In this document: positions 18,103-26,449 of the stretch, one piece after another | How positions within the stretch are numbered: position 1 is the stretch's first letter | Layout of the letters: each line of letters opens with the position of its first letter | Source of the DNA: a virus | Lineage: Duplodnaviria > Heunggongvirae > Uroviricota > Caudoviricetes | DNA length: 64,000 nucleotides | Direction: 5' to 3' (one strand) | IMG/VR virus record: IMGVR_UViG_2695420523_000009 | Coordinates: 12,534-76,533 of that record | Made by a program: the position numbers and the translations under genes | The notes under the pieces: model-generated | Databases searched by the model: none | What the model was told of the DNA's origin: nothing | What the model saw: the letters and a program-made list of their open reading frames with translations, nothing else

Positions 18103-18434
18103 AGGCCATCCCATTCGCTCTGTTGTTCCTTTCCTCGATCGTTGTGGCCGACACCACTGTTTATCAGTGTGAAATGTCTGTAGCCGACGTTAAGAATGGC
18201 GCTCTTACCGACGTCATAAAAGCACCATATGGAGCGATGGTCGTAGACAGCGGCGACCAGTTCTATGTTGTGCGTGACGATCGAGTATTGTCATCCCCAT
18301 ATCTCACAAACCGTAATGGCAAATTAACCGGCGTCGGAGAAGACCACTTCGTATACAACAAATACAAGGGCTTCTATGGCGTGCACGCTTCTCAGCAAAG
18401 CTACCTTTTCGATGACTGCAAGGAGGTTGGATAA
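18099..18434 (+). CDS. hypothetical secreted protein (signal peptide)
   Basis: N-terminal MKAIPFALLFLSSIVVA signal-peptide-like segment; RBS AAAGAGG. Confidence 0.55.
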   Translation: MKAIPFALLFLSSIVVADTTVYQCEMSVADVKNGALTDVIKAPYGAMVVDSGDQFYVVRDDRVLSSPYLTNRNGKLTGVGEDHFVYNKYKGFYGVHASQQSYLFDDCKEVG

Positions 18435-18646
18435 TGGCATTAACACTGGCAGGTCTGGAAATCGAGAAAACAAGCGGATACTGGCGTGCTAAGGGTTTCA
18501 AGCAGCCTGGCATTCTTGAGCGTCTGGAACGTGAAGATGGGTATATCGTCCACCAGCGACGTGAATGGCGTATGTACGATCCAGAAACAGGAAAACTGAC
18601 TACAAAAGCCGGAACACTTTGGGGTCTGTTGAAGAAAATACACTAA
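18434..18646 (+). CDS. hypothetical protein
   Basis: 70 aa, start overlaps upstream stop (translational coupling). Confidence 0.45.
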   Translation: MALTLAGLEIEKTSGYWRAKGFKQPGILERLEREDGYIVHQRREWRMYDPETGKLTTKAGTLWGLLKKIH

Positions 18647-18655
18647 TAGCACCAA

Positions 18656-19129
18656 CCACTGCGGTGAGTAGCCAGCTCACCGCATTCGTATCAGCTCATT
18701 ATCCACTGTGGTCTGCAGTCCTCTCTTCCTACATATCTGCTAACCACTGTAGCGAGTAGACAGCCTTTCATTCGCATCAAACAACCACTATGGTGAGTAT
18801 TGGAGTGAGATGTCCAGCGGGTATCCACTATGGTGAGTAAGCCTTTGCTGTTTTCAGTGGATATCCACTCGCCACAGTGGATACGCTCAAAGATGAGGGC
18901 GACAACAACCACTATAGACAGTGAATTTTCCAAGATACCCAGTGACCACTAACCTCGCAGCCCTTGTTTCATCAGTGTTAGTGATCACTAACATTTAATT
19001 CAGTATTTGCATTCTACTGCCTACAGTGGTTATCAACAGATAACGATACTCATTATAGTGGATAGCGAATTACAGATATAAGTAAGGCTCACTACAGTGG
19101 ATAGTGAGCCTTACTACTAACTACAGTGG
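18656..19129. repeat. iteron-like repeat array downstream of repA (incA-like)
   Basis: About 11 copies of CCACT(A/G)T(G/A)G / CTA(C/T)AGTGG cores (e.g. 18703, 18745, 18785, 18825, 18909, 19021, 19053, 19092, 19121) in two orientations at 30-47 bp spacing. Confidence 0.65.
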
Positions 19130-19134
19130 TTGGG

Positions 19135-20190
19135 CTATTTGCGAGTCTTTGCCTTGCGCAACTCTTCGAGAAGCGCCAGTTCTTCTTTACTCAACATGAC
19201 CATTTTGCCTTCTTTTTCGTCAGGCACAACGTCGATAATGTCATCTTGATTCTCATCTGGGAGGCTATATTCCGTCTCATCATTATCGATTTTTGTTGAT
19301 ATTTGTGCCTGGCGTAACTTTGGCCGCCTATAGTGGATGACGAAGTAGACCGAGTTTCCGCGCTTAACTTCCGTGTAATCGAGATATCCTATCTCTCGCA
19401 GCTGTTCCATAGCCTTTCTTACCGTCGCATTCTGAGTAATAGTGCGACTTGTCAGATTAAGTCTGGCGCGTAAACGGGCTAGTGATATTGGTGCCGGATC
19501 AGGCGGCAAACTTTCAATAAAAGTATAAAGCGCCTGAGCGGATTCTTTTCTTGAGAGTTCGTTTATAGCCCGGAGTTGCAGAAGAACCTTTTTGTCGAAC
19601 TGGTAGAGTTCGAAAATCTTGGGATCTGCTTTCAGTTCGACCGTATCGTGCTTGACACTATATTTTGCCGTTTGCACAAGATGCGTTACGTAAAACTCAT
19701 CAGAGCCTTTGCTACGGAACGAGATGGTATTTGTGGCAATACGGCTTAGCGAACTGTCCAGGCGTTTGCGTAACTTCGCTGATGACCTGGCGGTCGGAAT
19801 GCCACACAGTCTTACAAACTCAACGAACGGCAACGTGACAGTATCGCCAACGACCTTGTGTTTGGCAAACGCGTGGATTATTCCCACCCACGTTTTAAAG
19901 TCGTTATCCATATCAAGCCGAAGGCCAGAGATCCTTATGTCTTCGTACCCTTCGGCTTTTGCCAGAGACAGCTGTTTGAGTTCAGCAGAGGCATCCATAG
20001 AGACCATTTGCCCCTTTCTTCCTCTGGATGTCGATTTCAGCGTCGGAACGAAGAGGCCCAGACGCATCAAAGCAACAGGCTGAACAGTGTTATTAGTGTT
20101 AGGAACCAACGTAACAACTTCGCCTGTCTTTTTATCTGTTTCTGAAAATGCTTCAACGATCGCTATGTTTTTATTGCCGTTTTCGCTCAT
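19135..20190 (-). CDS. repA: plasmid-type replication initiator, RepA-like (iteron-binding; RepFIB/P1 RepA family suspected)
   Basis: 351 aa; N-terminal [17 protein letters not shown] motif recalled from RepFIB/P1-type RepA; flanked on both sides by iteron arrays. Confidence 0.75.
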   Translation of the reverse strand: MSENGNKNIAIVEAFSETDKKTGEVVTLVPNTNNTVQPVALMRLGLFVPTLKSTSRGRKGQMVSMDASAELKQLSLAKAEGYEDIRISGLRLDMDNDFKTWVGIIHAFAKHKVVGDTVTLPFVEFVRLCGIPTARSSAKLRKRLDSSLSRIATNTISFRSKGSDEFYVTHLVQTAKYSVKHDTVELKADPKIFELYQFDKKVLLQLRAINELSRKESAQALYTFIESLPPDPAPISLARLRARLNLTSRTITQNATVRKAMEQLREIGYLDYTEVKRGNSVYFVIHYRRPKLRQAQISTKIDNDETEYSLPDENQDDIIDVVPDEKEGKMVMLSKEELALLEELRKAKTRK

Positions 20191-20236
20191 TCCAAATGTC
20201 TCTTGTTATTCGACGGCTTTGGTGGCCTTTGCTGAT

Positions 20237-20350
20237 TACAGTGGATAGTAGCACTCATCACAGCGGTTATCCTACCGTCTATAGTGGTTTTTCTCCTCTC
20301 TATAGTGGTTGCTTTGCTCCCTATAGTGGATTATTCGCTCTCTATAGTGG
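20237..20350. repeat. iteron array A (21-bp periodicity)
   Basis: CTATAGTGG cores at 20279, 20300, 20321, 20342 (exactly 21 bp apart) plus two degenerate copies upstream. Confidence 0.75.
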
Positions 20351-20399
20351 ATATCGATCATGTCTGAAGGCAGATGGCACAACGGTTTGAGGTGGGCGG

Positions 20400-20521
20400 G
20401 GATCTTATTGGGTCTTTATGGGTCTCTTTGGTTCTCTTTGTGATCTGAATTACTGGATCGGGCCTGTGGATAAAAATCAGAGGATTTCAAGAACAGGTAA
20501 CTCTACTCTTCTGTGGATATT
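20400..20521. promoter_or_regulatory. origin module A: GATC-containing 13-mer-like repeats plus DnaA boxes
   Basis: GATC at 20401, 20442, 20456; tandem GGTCTTTATG-like 10-mers; DnaA box TGTGGATAA at 20465-20473 and TGTGGATAT at 20512-20520. Confidence 0.65.
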
Positions 20522-20636
20522 TAAGGACATAAGAATCATGACTAAGAGTAGAGTTTAAAATATATCTATGTATATCAGTATGTTAATGAAGAATTAAGTC
20601 ATTAAGTTATCCATAAAAGACAATGTGCTCTACTCT

Positions 20637-20731
20637 CTACAGTGGATATATACAGCTCTCCAGAGTGGTTGTTTTACTCTTCATAGCGGTTATTCAGCTC
20701 TCTACAGAGGTTTCTTTGCTCTCCATAGTGG
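20637..20731. repeat. iteron array B (about 21-bp periodicity)
   Basis: Five copies of CTACAGTGG / CCAGAGTGG / CATAGCGG / CTACAGAGG / CCATAGTGG at 21-23 bp spacing. Confidence 0.7.
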
Positions 20732-20759
20732 ATGGCAACACCCTTTCAGACCAGTAACC

Positions 20760-20846
20760 GCAACGGCTAGAGGCGATCGGGGATCTCTTTGGATCTTCTA
20801 TTTGATCTTACTTGGGATCTCTTATTTGGATCTATCCAGTGGATAA
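20760..20846. promoter_or_regulatory. origin module B: oriC-like 13-mer DNA-unwinding element with 6 GATC sites and a DnaA-box-like site
   Basis: GATC at 20775, 20782, 20792, 20804, 20816, 20829; GATCTCTTATTTG-type repeats match the oriC 13-mer consensus GATCTnTTnTTTT; AGTGGATAA at 20838-20846. Confidence 0.65.
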
Positions 20847-20933
20847 CTGGGATAAGTAAAACAGGCAAATGCAGATTAAGGTATGCCTAATGAGTTATCG
20901 TAGCATCGGCCAATAACTACTGAAAAAACGATT

Positions 20934-21578
20934 ATGGATCTAAAACGCACGCGCTGGGTTCGTCGTCTTGAGGACGGCTCCTACACTATCGAATCAAATT
21001 CCAACCTGAATAAGCAGAAGTTACTTTGTGATATCTGCGGTATAGCGGCGAAGTGCCCGATCTACGAAACCAGAATTAAACTTGATAAGGCTGGTGTGAA
21101 CTTTCATTTGAATAGTTGTATCAGGTACGTTCCATTGCTCGCATTTCGTAAACCGATCATCGGATTGGATGCGCCCTACTTCAACACACTCCGTTCAGGT
21201 GTGACGTGGCGAGATCGTTTATCACCAGACAAGCTGATTTGCCTCGTATCCGCAGACACAGGGAAAATCATCCGTTTTGGGAAAGTAGACAAGGTTTACT
21301 CAGGCCCAGTAGACGAAATGTTGCGGAAACACAGCCGGTTTAATCATCTCTGTATGGGTGGTGAGAAAATCGAGAAGGTAGAAGAAGTGATCCGCAAATC
21401 CTACGGACACTTTCTGACCAAAGATAGCCTGCTCACAGCAATCTACATCAGACATGTAAAACGTGAGTTCGACCTCGAATACCACAGCGAAGAAGAGCTT
21501 AACCTTGTTGACCCACGTCCAAAAGCTGGCGTCATAAGCATAAACGCAGCGCGTAAAAAGCCCACTGACGCGCTGTAA
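20934..21578 (+). CDS. hypothetical protein
   Basis: 214 aa ORF; no motif recognised. Confidence 0.5.
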   Translation: MDLKRTRWVRRLEDGSYTIESNSNLNKQKLLCDICGIAAKCPIYETRIKLDKAGVNFHLNSCIRYVPLLAFRKPIIGLDAPYFNTLRSGVTWRDRLSPDKLICLVSADTGKIIRFGKVDKVYSGPVDEMLRKHSRFNHLCMGGEKIEKVEEVIRKSYGHFLTKDSLLTAIYIRHVKREFDLEYHSEEELNLVDPRPKAGVISINAARKKPTDAL

Positions 21579-21700
21579 CCCTCCAGATCGTATATTGGCG
21601 TAGATAGAATCTACGCCCCCTCAAAATAGCTCTCATAGCGTTCTACAGTGATCCTGTCTTATTTTTAGTCATACAGACAAGCAAAGTTGCGCCACAATAA

Positions 21701-21720
21701 ATAGGTATATACTTACTTAT
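21701..21720. promoter_or_regulatory. intergenic palindrome (TAGGTA/TACTTA family)
   Basis: ATAGGTATATACTTACTTAT. Confidence 0.35.
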
Positions 21721-21832
21721 AAATTTTGTATATTAAGACGCTCGTTTCATTCCTAACATACCGTTATGCATAGTTGTTTACCTTCTCATTGCTCTTAAAA
21801 TTTGTATCAAAATAACCACAAAGGAAAAACAC

Positions 21833-22918
21833 ATGACTTTGCCATACGGCGTCATTTCTGACTGCCACTACCACAAATGGGATGCGTTCTCCACGACGAA
21901 CGCAGAGGGGCTTAACTCCAGACTTGAAATACAGTTGGAAGCAACGAAAGAAGCAGCCATCGCCATGAAGAAGGCCGGTTGTAAGTACATGTTGGTTGCC
22001 GGTGATACATTTCACGTCCGAGGAACTGTGTCCCCTTCTGTTTTGCATTACGTAACTGAAACGTACAAGTGGATTATCAACGAGCTTGATCTGACAGTAG
22101 TAATGCTGGCCGGTAATCACGATCTTGAAACCAACGATTCAGTATATAGCGCCAACGCAGCAGCATCGCTGAGTTCTATCGGCGTGGTAATCGTATGTGG
22201 CAAACGCCCACACTCAATAAAAATTGGTGATGTGACTGTCCACCTGATTAGCTGGCGTAACAATCATGCGGAGCTTATCAGCGATCTGAAAGCATTACGT
22301 AAGAGCGTAGAAGGTGATAATCATGACGTTGTTATCCATACATCCATTAACAAAGCCATTCCAACAATGCCTGACGTCGGTATCGATGCGCAGGAGTTAA
22401 AGGATATCGGCTTTCGTCTCGTGCTTAGTGGGCATTACCACAACCACAAAGAGGTCATTCCTGGAGTTATCAGTGTCGGTGCGCTGACCCATCAAAATTG
22501 GGGAGATGTTGGATCTCTGGCTGGTTACATGATCGTAAACCCGGACGGCAGTTTCAGTCACTACGAAACCAGTGCGCCTAAATTCATTAACCTGGAAGAT
22601 TATGTTGCCGATGACCAAATTCGCGGCAACTACGTGCGTTTCCGCGCCGTAATTGAGAACGATGAAGAAGGCATTAAGTACCAGAACATCCTCAAAACAA
22701 TGGGTGCAAAAGGTGTCGTGTGCAACTTCATCCGTAAGTCATCAATGATGGAAGGGACAGCAAGCACAACGGAAACCAGCAAAATCGATAGCCTGGGAGA
22801 GTCGGTATCTGCTTATTGCAAGATTGTCCACGATACTGACGGCGGATTTGATCTGAGCAAGTTGGATATTTTGTGTCAGGAAATCCTCACCGAAGCGGAG
22901 AGTTCGGAGGCTGTGTGA
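21833..22918 (+). CDS. sbcD: SbcD/Mre11-family nuclease (T4 gp47-like)
   Basis: Calcineurin-like phosphoesterase motifs SDCHYH, GDTFH, GNHD; conserved start context AAAGGAAAAACACATG. Confidence 0.85.
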   Translation: MTLPYGVISDCHYHKWDAFSTTNAEGLNSRLEIQLEATKEAAIAMKKAGCKYMLVAGDTFHVRGTVSPSVLHYVTETYKWIINELDLTVVMLAGNHDLETNDSVYSANAAASLSSIGVVIVCGKRPHSIKIGDVTVHLISWRNNHAELISDLKALRKSVEGDNHDVVIHTSINKAIPTMPDVGIDAQELKDIGFRLVLSGHYHNHKEVIPGVISVGALTHQNWGDVGSLAGYMIVNPDGSFSHYETSAPKFINLEDYVADDQIRGNYVRFRAVIENDEEGIKYQNILKTMGAKGVVCNFIRKSSMMEGTASTTETSKIDSLGESVSAYCKIVHDTDGGFDLSKLDILCQEILTEAESSEAV

Positions 22919-23151
22919 GGCAAAGTCGTTATGGGAGCTTTCGAGACTTTGCCATCACGATGAAAAGACTTGAACGAGGCCAGACGGTGATGTTTCACAA
23001 GCCCTACCCGCCACAAGGAAATCCCGTAGCGTTTTATCTTGGAAGGTTAACCAGAAAAGGCGTATTGAGGCGCAGATCCTTCCCGGCGCATACGGAGTTC
23101 AGATTGAAAGAAGGTCAAAAGCTAACACACGGTATCAAAGGTGTTATATGA
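22873..23151 (+). CDS. possible small basic protein (doubtful)
   Basis: 92 aa ORF spanning the 229-bp gap between sbcD and sbcC; no RBS; may be non-coding. Confidence 0.2.
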   Translation: MSGNPHRSGEFGGCVRQSRYGSFRDFAITMKRLERGQTVMFHKPYPPQGNPVAFYLGRLTRKGVLRRRSFPAHTEFRLKEGQKLTHGIKGVI

Positions 23152-25064
23152 AGTTTTTAAAGCTCCAGGTTGAGAATTTTATGGCTATCGCCAGCGCGGA
23201 GGTCGAGTTAGATCAGCGTGGTTTAGTGCTCATTCAGGGTGTTAATAGTGATGATAGTTCCGCATCAAGTAATGGCTCTGGAAAGTCAACGCTAATGAAT
23301 AGCCTGATGTGGTGTCTTTATGGCGAAACAGCTCATGGTGTGAAGGGTGACGATGTGTTGTCTACCGACCATGAAAAGAACTGTCGTGTTGCAGTAACCA
23401 TCGAGGATGAAGGCAAGAGATATGCGATCATTCGTCACCGTAAACACAAAGAGTTCAAAAATCGGCTTATCGTTCGTGGTGAAGACGGCGATATGACGAA
23501 AGGCAAAGATGCGCTGACGCAAGAGTTCGTCGAGCGTCTGATCGGTGCATCTAAAGAGGTTTTCATGGCTTCCATCTATGCGAGCCAAGAAGCTATGCCA
23601 GATTTACCTGGAATGTCCGACAAAAACCTCAAAACCATCGTAGAAGAAGCCGCTGGCGTTGACAGACTGACACGCGCCTACGCTATTGCTCGTGAGCGAG
23701 CTAATGCAGCTGCCGCACGTATGGATGTGGTTAAAACCAAATTGGAGTCGACAATCTCGACCATTGAGGCAACACAGTCAGAAATTGAGTCAGCGAAAGC
23801 CTCCTCTGAATCATGGGAGCAAGAGCGTTCTAAACGTTATGACGATGCCCTGGCTGGGCTGGCCAGTGCCGAAGTTGAGTTAACGGAAGTTGAACTTGAG
23901 ATCCGCACTCTTCCCGAACAGATCCGTGATGCCGAGAAGGCAATCGAAAGTGAGCGCAAAAAGTTAGCCTCAAAAGAAGAACATGACGCCAAGTTGCTCA
24001 AAGTTCGTGGTGCGATAACTGATATTCGGGCAAGCATCAAAGCTACAGAAAATAGTCAGGCTGATGCAATGAACCGTGCGCGTAATTTTAAGACCAAAGC
24101 AGAAGAGGTTGGTACTAAAGTGGGATCACCATGCCCTACTTGTGGCAAAGCCTACTGCGAAGAAGATCTATCAACGGTGAAGGAGAATTTCATTGAACAA
24201 GCACGTCAGGAAATTGGTCAGGCGAAGACACTTGCAGAGGCAATGGCTAAACACAAAACGAATCTTGAGAAAGCGTTAAGCATTGAGTCTGCCCTTGTTA
24301 AAACGACACCTGATGTAACGGCTATCATTGCCCGGATTGAAGAGCTTACGAAACAACTCTCATCTTTGCGTCATCGTGAGAAGGAGGTTGTTGCTATTGA
24401 GTCTCTTGTGACTCGTGCTCGTACTGAGGTCGATCGTATATCAAAAGAGATTAATCCGTTTATTGCTCTTATCGCCAGACACGAAGATAACCTGGTATCC
24501 AGTAAGTCTACCTTCAAGTCCTTAAAAGATGAGTTGAAGGCTATTCAGGAACAAACGTTGCTATTGGAAAAAGCTCGTCAGGTCTACTCTCCTGCCGGGG
24601 TGCGTTCTCATATTTTGACGTCTGTTACGCCTTTCCTGAATACACGCACTGCCGAGTATCTCAATACGTTGTCTGACGGGAATATTACTGCTGAGTGGTC
24701 GACGATGGATGTCACTAAAAAAGGTGAGTATCGCGACAAATTCAACATTAGTGTGCAGAAGAAAGGTTCAAGTAAGTCGTTCCAGACCCTCTCTGGTGGT
24801 GAGAAGCGGAAGGTTCGCATTGCGTGTTCTTTGGCATTGCAGGATCTGGTTAGTAACCGGGCGAGTAAAAACATCGATTTGTTTATCGGCGACGAAATTG
24901 ACGATGCACTCGATACAGCCGGTCTTGAACGCCTCATGGGTATTCTGGAGTCCAAAGCTCGCGAGCGAGGTACTGTGCTGATTATCTCCCATAAAGAGAT
25001 GAAGTCATGGTTCCGGGAAACTATTACGCTGGAAGTTAAAGAGGGGCGCAGCTATGTCGTTTAA
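23148..25064 (+). CDS. sbcC: SbcC/Rad50-family ATPase (T4 gp46-like)
   Basis: Walker A NGSGKST, long coiled coil with CPTCGKAYCE zinc hook, signature LSGGEKRK and Walker B LFIGDEIDDALD. Confidence 0.85.
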   Translation: MKFLKLQVENFMAIASAEVELDQRGLVLIQGVNSDDSSASSNGSGKSTLMNSLMWCLYGETAHGVKGDDVLSTDHEKNCRVAVTIEDEGKRYAIIRHRKHKEFKNRLIVRGEDGDMTKGKDALTQEFVERLIGASKEVFMASIYASQEAMPDLPGMSDKNLKTIVEEAAGVDRLTRAYAIARERANAAAARMDVVKTKLESTISTIEATQSEIESAKASSESWEQERSKRYDDALAGLASAEVELTEVELEIRTLPEQIRDAEKAIESERKKLASKEEHDAKLLKVRGAITDIRASIKATENSQADAMNRARNFKTKAEEVGTKVGSPCPTCGKAYCEEDLSTVKENFIEQARQEIGQAKTLAEAMAKHKTNLEKALSIESALVKTTPDVTAIIARIEELTKQLSSLRHREKEVVAIESLVTRARTEVDRISKEINPFIALIARHEDNLVSSKSTFKSLKDELKAIQEQTLLLEKARQVYSPAGVRSHILTSVTPFLNTRTAEYLNTLSDGNITAEWSTMDVTKKGEYRDKFNISVQKKGSSKSFQTLSGGEKRKVRIACSLALQDLVSNRASKNIDLFIGDEIDDALDTAGLERLMGILESKARERGTVLIISHKEMKSWFRETITLEVKEGRSYVV

Positions 25065-25797
25065 ATTAAGCCGCTCGCAGTTTTTGCAGGTATTTGCAGT
25101 GATGCAGTCGATAAAACTGATCAATGGGCATACTTCCAATGGTGCGGCTCCACGTATTCTGTGGGGCAGCAACAATATTGACGGAGTACAATTCGCCGCG
25201 TTGCTTGGTCTAATATCCGAGACGCCATTGATGCAAAGTTTGAAATCACTACCACCTGGATGTATTGCGCCGATCCTGATTAATCCTTTTGTTGAGGGGG
25301 GATATCTTCCCAACGTCGGGCCTGGGTTTATTGCATCCCATGAAAATGAAGATCTTAACATTAATAGCGAAGGGTTCTTTGGGGGAATGGGTGCGCATCA
25401 CTGTATGGCTTTCACGAACCTTATTCGACTTGCCAATAAGCGGGTGGATAGTTTGGCATCGCCAGGTGATGCTTTTACTGGTTTCCTTATCCAAAGGAGG
25501 GATAAAAAGTACAGTGTGGACAAACTACAGTTTGTTGGTAAGTATGGAGAAATGGTAGAAATCGAACTTCAGCTCCCTCATGTTTTAGCAAACGATAGTG
25601 CAGACAGTCGGAGGCTGTTGGGCATCATGCGTCATTTCATAGCAAGTGGTGTTAAACATGCCGCAGATAAACGTGTCACGCAGGAAAATGAGTATTCAGA
25701 CTTTGCAAACTCTCCCCAACCAACGTTGCAAACGGCAATAGTAACCAATTCGTTGGAGGCGAGATTATTGGAAAACCCTATATGGGGAACATGGTAA
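25054..25797 (+). CDS. hypothetical protein
   Basis: 247 aa, RBS GAGGGG, start overlaps sbcC stop. Confidence 0.55.
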   Translation: MSFKLSRSQFLQVFAVMQSIKLINGHTSNGAAPRILWGSNNIDGVQFAALLGLISETPLMQSLKSLPPGCIAPILINPFVEGGYLPNVGPGFIASHENEDLNINSEGFFGGMGAHHCMAFTNLIRLANKRVDSLASPGDAFTGFLIQRRDKKYSVDKLQFVGKYGEMVEIELQLPHVLANDSADSRRLLGIMRHFIASGVKHAADKRVTQENEYSDFANSPQPTLQTAIVTNSLEARLLENPIWGTW

Positions 25798-25806
25798 GGA
25801 GACTAT

Positions 25807-26376
25807 ATGAGTAAAAAAATCAGCGTAGTTGGTGTTGATCCCTCTATGAGCAACTTTGGGCTTGCTGTGGGCACTTTAGACCTTGAAACGGACGAACTTG
25901 AGATTCACGGCCTTACTCTTGTTGAGACTAAGGCGGGGAGTAACAAAAAGACCGTTCGTGTGAACAGTGACGATCTGCGTCGTGCCAGTGAAATATGGCG
26001 TGTTGCGAAGCCAATCATTGATAAGGCAAATATGGTTTTTTGTGAGCTACCGGTTGGGAGCCAAAGCTCTCGTTCGCAGACGTCTTACGGTATTTGTATC
26101 GGTGTACTTGCGTGTGTGGATAAGCCATTGATCCAGGTTACTCCAAACGAAATTAAGCATTTTGTCGGCAATAAACTTACTACATCGAAAGAAGAGATTA
26201 TCCAGTGGGCTACGAAAAAACACCCTAAAGCACCGTGGCTGCGTCGTAAGCAATCTGGACAGGATGTTCTCGTGAACAAAAACGAACATTTGGCTGATGC
26301 GGTGGCTGCCATCCATACCGGTATGCAAACAGATCAGTTCCGCCAGGTGCGCGATGTTCTTAAGTCTCTCATTTGA
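25807..26376 (+). CDS. RuvC-like Holliday-junction resolvase
   Basis: N-terminal ISVVGVDPSMSNFGLAV (RuvC IILGIDPG-like) and C-terminal HLADAVAAIHTG (RuvC DAADALAIA-like); RBS AAGGAG. Confidence 0.65.
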   Translation: MSKKISVVGVDPSMSNFGLAVGTLDLETDELEIHGLTLVETKAGSNKKTVRVNSDDLRRASEIWRVAKPIIDKANMVFCELPVGSQSSRSQTSYGICIGVLACVDKPLIQVTPNEIKHFVGNKLTTSKEEIIQWATKKHPKAPWLRRKQSGQDVLVNKNEHLADAVAAIHTGMQTDQFRQVRDVLKSLI

Positions 26377-26383
26377 TTTCATT

Positions 26384-26401
26384 GATAGGTAGGTACTTAT
26401 C
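26384..26401. promoter_or_regulatory. intergenic palindrome GATAGGTA-gg-TACTTATC
   Basis: 8-bp arms with one mismatch, upstream of nrdA. Confidence 0.4.
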
Positions 26402-26410
26402 TATTAACAT

Positions 26411-26441
26411 GGGCCACTATATTTAGTGGCCCTCTTTATTT
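26411..26441 (+). terminator. rho-independent terminator
   Basis: GGGCCACTA-tattt-TAGTGGCCC followed by TCTTTATTT. Confidence 0.6.
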
Positions 26442-26449
26442 GGTGATAC

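Noticed and set aside
18656-20846. CRISPR array interpretation of the repeat arrays
   Set aside because: Repeats are 9-bp cores at 21-bp helical periodicity with DnaA boxes and GATC 13-mers beside a Rep gene, with no 28-37 bp repeats separated by unique spacers and no cas genes; these are origin iterons.
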